A DNA stretch of 64,000 nucleotides from the human T2T-CHM13v2.0 reference genome, Homo sapiens, in the NCBI RefSeq assembly GCF_009914755.1, contig NC_060930.1; one strand, 5' to 3'. Position numbers and translations under genes: made by a program. This document shows positions 58,167 through 64,000 of this stretch, in pieces. Numbering within the stretch: the stretch's first letter is position 1; every line of letters begins with the position of its first letter. The notes below the pieces were generated by a model. It ran no database searches. It saw only the letters and a program-made list of their open reading frames with translations, and was not told where the DNA came from.

Positions 58167-61059
58167 TTATAGGAAATTTAAAACAATAACCTGAGACATG
58201 GCAGTTTTATCACCCAAGCTATTGGGCTAAGCTTCAGGATACCAAACCCTTGAGTAAAAAGCACAGCCAGGAGACAGCTAAAAGGAGCTTAAGAATGTAT
58301 ATAGTCATTTTATTATAAATGGCTACTCTGGAGCCAATATACTTGACTTTGACTTTTTTAAGGCAAGATTAACCATGACACATTTTGGTCAAGCTTAGGA
58401 AACAACTTGCTAATAATCTATCTTGTGAAAAAAGATGCCTCTGGAAATTCATCATATTGGTGGAGGGAGAAAACACCTACATTTTGGCTGTCACTAAAAG
58501 CCAAACAGAAACTTCCTGTTTTCAAGGGTCAGTGGAAAATTACTGCTTATTATATAGTATTACATTTACAGAAACTGCAAGTGCTCATCACAAACTGAAC
58601 GTCACACTTACCTTATCAGAAAGAGCAGCCTGGCACTGGCACAGGAGTGCAACAAAACACGGTCAATTTACTAAGCCTCCCGATAGCCAAGGTTATTGTT
58701 GGCAATACAAAAGGTAACAAAGGAGTGGACTGGCTGAGCGTGCAAGGCTGCTATCCTGCCATCTCTGGGAAGATCTGAGCTCAAGGCACACCTGAACTTC
58801 CCTCCAGCAGGCTGAAGAGAGAACGAGTGATTTTCTTGTATCCACCAAGGCCAGGCCCATTCCATCTAGGTAGTAAGTACTTCCAGATTTAGCATGCTGC
58901 CTACTCCCATAAATGTTATCCCTACTGAGTCACTCAGAGAAGATTTGGTCTAACTCCATGTGTCAGAATCCACAAATGCCTCTATTTGCATTGGGATCAA
59001 GGCCCCTCAGTCTCAGCTGGTCCTGAGCCAATTGGGAAGGCTTAATTAGTGAGCCCATGAGAGGAGGGAAGTGCCCAGCACAGAGCCTGACCTAAAGCAG
59101 TGGCTCAAAATATGTCCACTAAATTAATGCCTAGATAAATATCAGACTTTTGAGTTAACATAAGCCCATGCCCTACAGTTTAGGGTTCCTGGCAGGGAAA
59201 TGATTCAATAGTATTTGAATGATAATTTTAATTAAGGAAATGGCAAAAGAAGAAAATACTGCCTGAAAATATCAGTGGTTCTATCCCCCAAAATGAAAAG
59301 CTTAGAAAATTGTGCCCTGTGTTCCCTTCTCATCTCCTCAGAAATTCATAAAGTTAATTAATATTAATGTAAGAACAGCATATTAAAGCAATGTGAAGGC
59401 ATAAATTTGAAAATCAGACTAGAAATTCAAAAATGAAGGCATTTGGAATTGTAGATTCACAGTACGTGCCATGTCTAACTAAAAACTTGATTACTTCTTA
59501 ATGTTATTGTGGCTCTGTCTTCACAGGGCAATTGAGGCTTTCAATTAGCCTACCAGATCCACGCTCAAACAGGCAGAGGCTGTGATAGGAGGGGCTCAGT
59601 GGTGCTCCGAGAACACCAACTCTGAAGTCCTGTTGGTTTAAATCTGTGACCCTGACACTAGATTAATGTAGATTTGGGTTTTGATCTTAATTAGGAAAAA
59701 TGAATTCTGAAGATTCAGAAATGTGAAACAAACAAACAAGCTTCCAGGAGCCCCTCCTTCTCCCACCCTCAGCATACCCTAAAGAAAAGACTATACATTT
59801 CAAAGCTCCAGCATCAGAATTTCTATTAAGCTTATATGTCCACTGCTAAATCCTACAGAGAATTCAGTAACTCTCCAGAGAATCAGGAAGGAAAAAAGAA
59901 CGATATAAACAAGTTCTCTCCTCTAATAGAGCAGTACCAACATATGCTATCTTCCTTTGCCTAAGAATCACCTCACAGCAGAAATTTACACTAAGGCTCT
60001 GAGAACCGGAGATGAGGAAGCAAGCAGTATTATCCAGTCTTCCTCATCTGAGGAAAACCACGAACTCTCTGGGACAAATTTAATGTGCAACATTGCCTCA
60101 AGGTAGAAGGCCGAACAAGATGACCACTCATCAGGTCAAGATTGCTAAGCCACATTACTAGGAATACAAACATTCTTTTGCTCCATTTAGGTTTATTACA
60201 TGGGCTCCATACTGTTGTATAAATTTGGATAAAGAAGTGAAAAGTGTATGAGCAGAAAGCACTCGCAAACTCCCTCCAAAGCAGCTGGTAAATGTGTGCA
60301 ATTCCAGATGATCACCACTCTGAAACTATACTTTAGAACTTTGTAAGAAATGTTTATTACTGATACTCAGTACATAATTTATAACACCACGGTGAAATTC
60401 ACTTACATTCCATTTCAAGGGATGGTGAAAAGAAAATGTCAACTGTGGGGAAAATATGCTTTATAGAGCTTGGCTTAAAACAGAGGGAAAAAAACCACAC
60501 ATGCAAGTCTCTTTTCGTGGAAGGAAATAGTCTAATAAATGGCCTAATGAACAGTGTAATGATTTTTTTTAAGTAGGCAATAGGAAGGAAAAGGGAAGAA
60601 AAACAGGCTAATATACTCTACAACCTGAATAATGAACCCCTAGATAATCTAGATTTGACCACTGGTGTAGAAGCTATACTTTTAAAACCAATTTTAAAGT
60701 ATGAATTATGATACAGCTAATAGGCTGGACAAATTAATATTCTGTGGAAGTAGTACTGACAGCAAGGTAGGGAATCATATAAAAATAAAGGTGGATTTCT
60801 TTGTATCCATAGTCTTCATCATACTTCTGGAAGGTGGATAGTTGACTTGTACCTTTATGTGATTTTAAAATCTGAAGTTCATAGCCTCCTTGGGTTGGGA
60901 AATCACCAGTCGTCCCAGGCACAACATGAGCCAGTAGCAGATGGGTAGGCTCAAAATGCATCTTTTCAGAAAAATTTCCCTAACTCCATCCCATACTCTG
61001 ATAATGTTTATATACTTACAGTACTTACATATCTGATTTTTCATGTTTACTGTGGTCTT

Positions 61060-61230
61060 ATAGGCCATGCAAAATTCTGGGAAAAAGGGACTCAGAATCA
61101 GGAGACCTGAGTTCTAATCCAGGGCTTGCCATTAGATGAGAACTTGGGAAAGGCACCTGTGACTGCTGTCTCATCTGTAAAATGGGAGGCTTGGGCTATG
61201 ATTTCCAAGGTACTTCTACCAGTTACAATA
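61060..61230 (+). mobile_element. MIR
   Basis: aatcaggagacctgagttctaatcc...tctcatctgtaaaatggg...ttccaaggtacttc. Confidence 0.65.
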
Positions 61231-61699
61231 TTGTTTGATTCTAGGATCTTGTTTTGTATTTTACACTGTGTGTGCATATGTGTGTGTGTACACAAACAAG
61301 ATGGTTCCCAAATGTTCTGTATAACCTGTAAGTTCCTTCATAGAAGAAATGTCTTCCTGTCTCCTCAGAATTTTCCTTCACAATGTATTAATAGTATGAG
61401 CCTCTACCTACTAGGGTCACTGAACAAATATTAGACTGAATCAAAGTTGTGCATTTGACTACAGACCTACAGAGATGACTCTGGGAAAAGCTGCTCCTAT
61501 ACTTCCAAGGGGATAAATCCCAATGTACCTTGAAAAATGGCTAGATTTTTAAAAAGTAACCTTTCTCCTGGACTAGGCCCTTATTTCTTCCCTTTTCTGA
61601 AACAGACCCAAGAAACAGTAAATGTATCAAGTTATATGCATGCCAATTACAGTGGACATTCACATAATGGAGCAGTCACTTGTGTTTGGGAGGAGAAAG

Positions 61700-62520
61700 A
61701 TCAAGGAAGAACTCACAGAGCATTTGGCTGGGTCTTGAAGGGAACACTGAATAGGTGGAGACTTGAAGATCAGCCAGAGCAAATAAAAATAATTAGCTTA
61801 CCTAAAGCATGGGCTCATTTAACAATAGTGATTAGGCCAGGCTGAAAGGAAAGTAGGAATATAAGGACTGTAAAGAGAGAATTACAGAAATAAAGGTTAG
61901 AAAGTCTGGTTAGAGTCAGAGAGATATGGTAATTTTATATTTGAAATCTGGACATGTGGTTTAACAGGAGGCAGGATATTTAAAAATGAGATGTTTAGGG
62001 AGAGCTGGTCATGTAGAGATAGAAGATGACCCAGGTAAGGATCGGAGGCTTTCCTCACTGAAGGTCCCTGTACAGGGATTAAGAAATCACAGCAACGACA
62101 ACCTAGCAACAGTGTTCTAGACTCTAGTACAGCAACAGACGTAGAGTATAGAAATTCTCTGCAACAGTATTGAGGGAAACTCACTAGAAGCTACTATAAA
62201 TACTCCAGGAAATAAGTATGAAGGTCTGAATACGAATGGAGGCAATGGGAATGGAAAAAAAAGATGAAAGGGTATAACAGAAAGGATATAGCACCTGAAT
62301 GACTGTGGAGGGCAAAGAAGAAAGACTCAAAGGGGTAAGAGATGCCCAGGGGAAGGGAGCTACAACAACAAAAGCAGGGACACCAAAGGAGTGGAGCTGC
62401 TTTATGGAGAATGACAATGATGAGTTTAGTTTGAGACAAGTTGTGTTTGAGAAACCATTCTAGAAGGTGCCAATGGAAAATATGAATGAAAGAGACAGCT
62501 GAAGCCAAGAGAATGAGCTA
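61700..62520. mobile_element. Degraded L2 fragment
   Basis: Purine-rich; atgatgagtttagtttgagacaagttg...tagaaggtgccaatggaaa is L2-like. Confidence 0.5.
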
Positions 62521-63769
62521 AATGGTGATTCTGTGTGCATGCTGGACCCCTGAATTCATAAAAATGCCCTTTTCCTTCTTCTTTTTTAAACACAGGAAGA
62601 AAACACGAGCCTCTTAGTTCTCTGGGATAGAGCTGAGCAAGCGTCAATCATGGTATAATTACCAAAACAGAGCCTTCTCATTAGATCCAGAGGCTGGCTG
62701 CTGACTTCTGATTATAATTTAGTAAACTGAGGCAGGTCACTTTAAGAAAATAAGATCAAAACGACCATGCCTTTCCTTTCTGTTACCTTTATTCACTGAC
62801 CAACAAATAGGCTCTACTTTCCTTTTTTTGCAGATGCCCATGCTGACTGTTACTGTGGTGCCCGCTGCTCAGTTTGCTTACCTACCTTGGGATCATGTGA
62901 CTGACAATGTGCAGCAGGTCCCTTGTCTGTACACCCATTTCAGGGGAGGGGTTAATCAAGACTTGGTCATGGTAAGGGTGCTGACTGAGCACCTCTCTGG
63001 ATGGTGGTAGGCTGGACCCTCTGCAGCCATCCTGAGACCATGAGAGGTACAGAGAGCTCTAGGATTCCAGAGTGAGGTCTGTTCTGTTGAACAGACTCTT
63101 TCCTGCTGGGAGAGGTACATGTGATGCTCTGGCAGGCAGTTTAGAGTCCCTCTTCAGAGTTTAAGTTTGGGCTTTTTTTTTTAACCTTTTACTCTAAAAA
63201 TCCAGAGAAGCAATTGAAACATTAACCAGACGAACTTGGGATTTTAAATCAAATCAATTTCTGAACTGAAAGGGGCACAGCTGGAAAAGAGTTTTAAAAG
63301 CACTTGGCCCCTCCATAAAAATAAACTTTACTCTCTCTAAGAGTGGTTAAAAATAAAGGTAATGGACTTCCAGCCAGTAACCAACTTGAAGTGATAAACT
63401 GTTACCAGGGGATCCAAGTCACTAACGTGAGGGGCAATGATAGATGTAAAAACCAAAGAAAACTGAGCCTCTGGCAATACTGAATTAAAATTTGTGGAAT
63501 AATGCTATAAATGAGCCAAAGATGACAGATCAATAATGGGTTAATAAAGAGAAGTTAGGAAGACACATGTGTAGTTTACAAGGACTACATCACCATGGGC
63601 AAATCTTATTCTCTCCCATAAACTCTTCCTTGCGCTTTATGTGACAGCATCTGAGCTGGAATGGGCAAACTTCCCAATTGGGCTTTGTGACAATGACACC
63701 TCCAGACAGTAACAAGACAAATGAAACCAACATGCATACGTGACTGGAGACAGAGCAATGGCACGCATG

Positions 63770-64000
63770 CTTCTATTCATTCAGATCAAGTACATACTGA
63801 CCCCTACAAGTGTTAGGTGCTTGCTAGGCTACTACTATGGATCAAAGAGTGAGTAAAACACCAAATCCCTGCTCTGGAGCTTACCTTCTGGTGCAAAAGA
63901 ACAGTAACTTAACAGCCATGCTATGAATGGGTAATTGCAAACTGCAACAAGGGCTGTGAAAAAAAGTAGCTTGGTTTTATGAGAGGGGATAACACAGTGA
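63770..64000. mobile_element. L2 3' end, truncated by the window edge
   Basis: attcattcagatcaagtacatactga...aaatccctgctctggagcttaccttctggtg. Confidence 0.65.

Overview
Human (primate) genomic DNA, almost entirely intronic. One short coding exon lies on the minus strand at 11190-11268 (79 nt, AG/GT bounded, encoding SWQSVTFERQPASFIRIVGTHNTANE). I recognise it as a C-terminal, probably penultimate, exon of BTBD9, so the window sits inside the 3' part of that gene. The rest is a typical repeat landscape: about 27 Alu/FLAM/FRAM pieces, a 4.3-kb L1MA-type element, older L1M/HAL1/L2/L3/MIR remnants, MLT1A and MER4 LTRs, hAT DNA transposons and microsatellites. All other ORFs in the track are repeat-derived or chance. 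I see no new gene system. The most unusual signals are: (i) a 5'-truncated L1PA copy whose differences from consensus are mostly A>G in an ADAR-like context, possibly a fossil of an A-to-I hyper-edited RNA that was retrotransposed; (ii) several templated or fold-back micro-insertions and a 236-bp dispersed duplication, suggesting repeated template-switch repair; (iii) candidate enhancer motif clusters, including a perfect PBX-MEIS/PREP decamer flanked by CCAAT boxes. Repeat subfamily calls and consensus comparisons are from memory, and most repeat boundaries are approximate.
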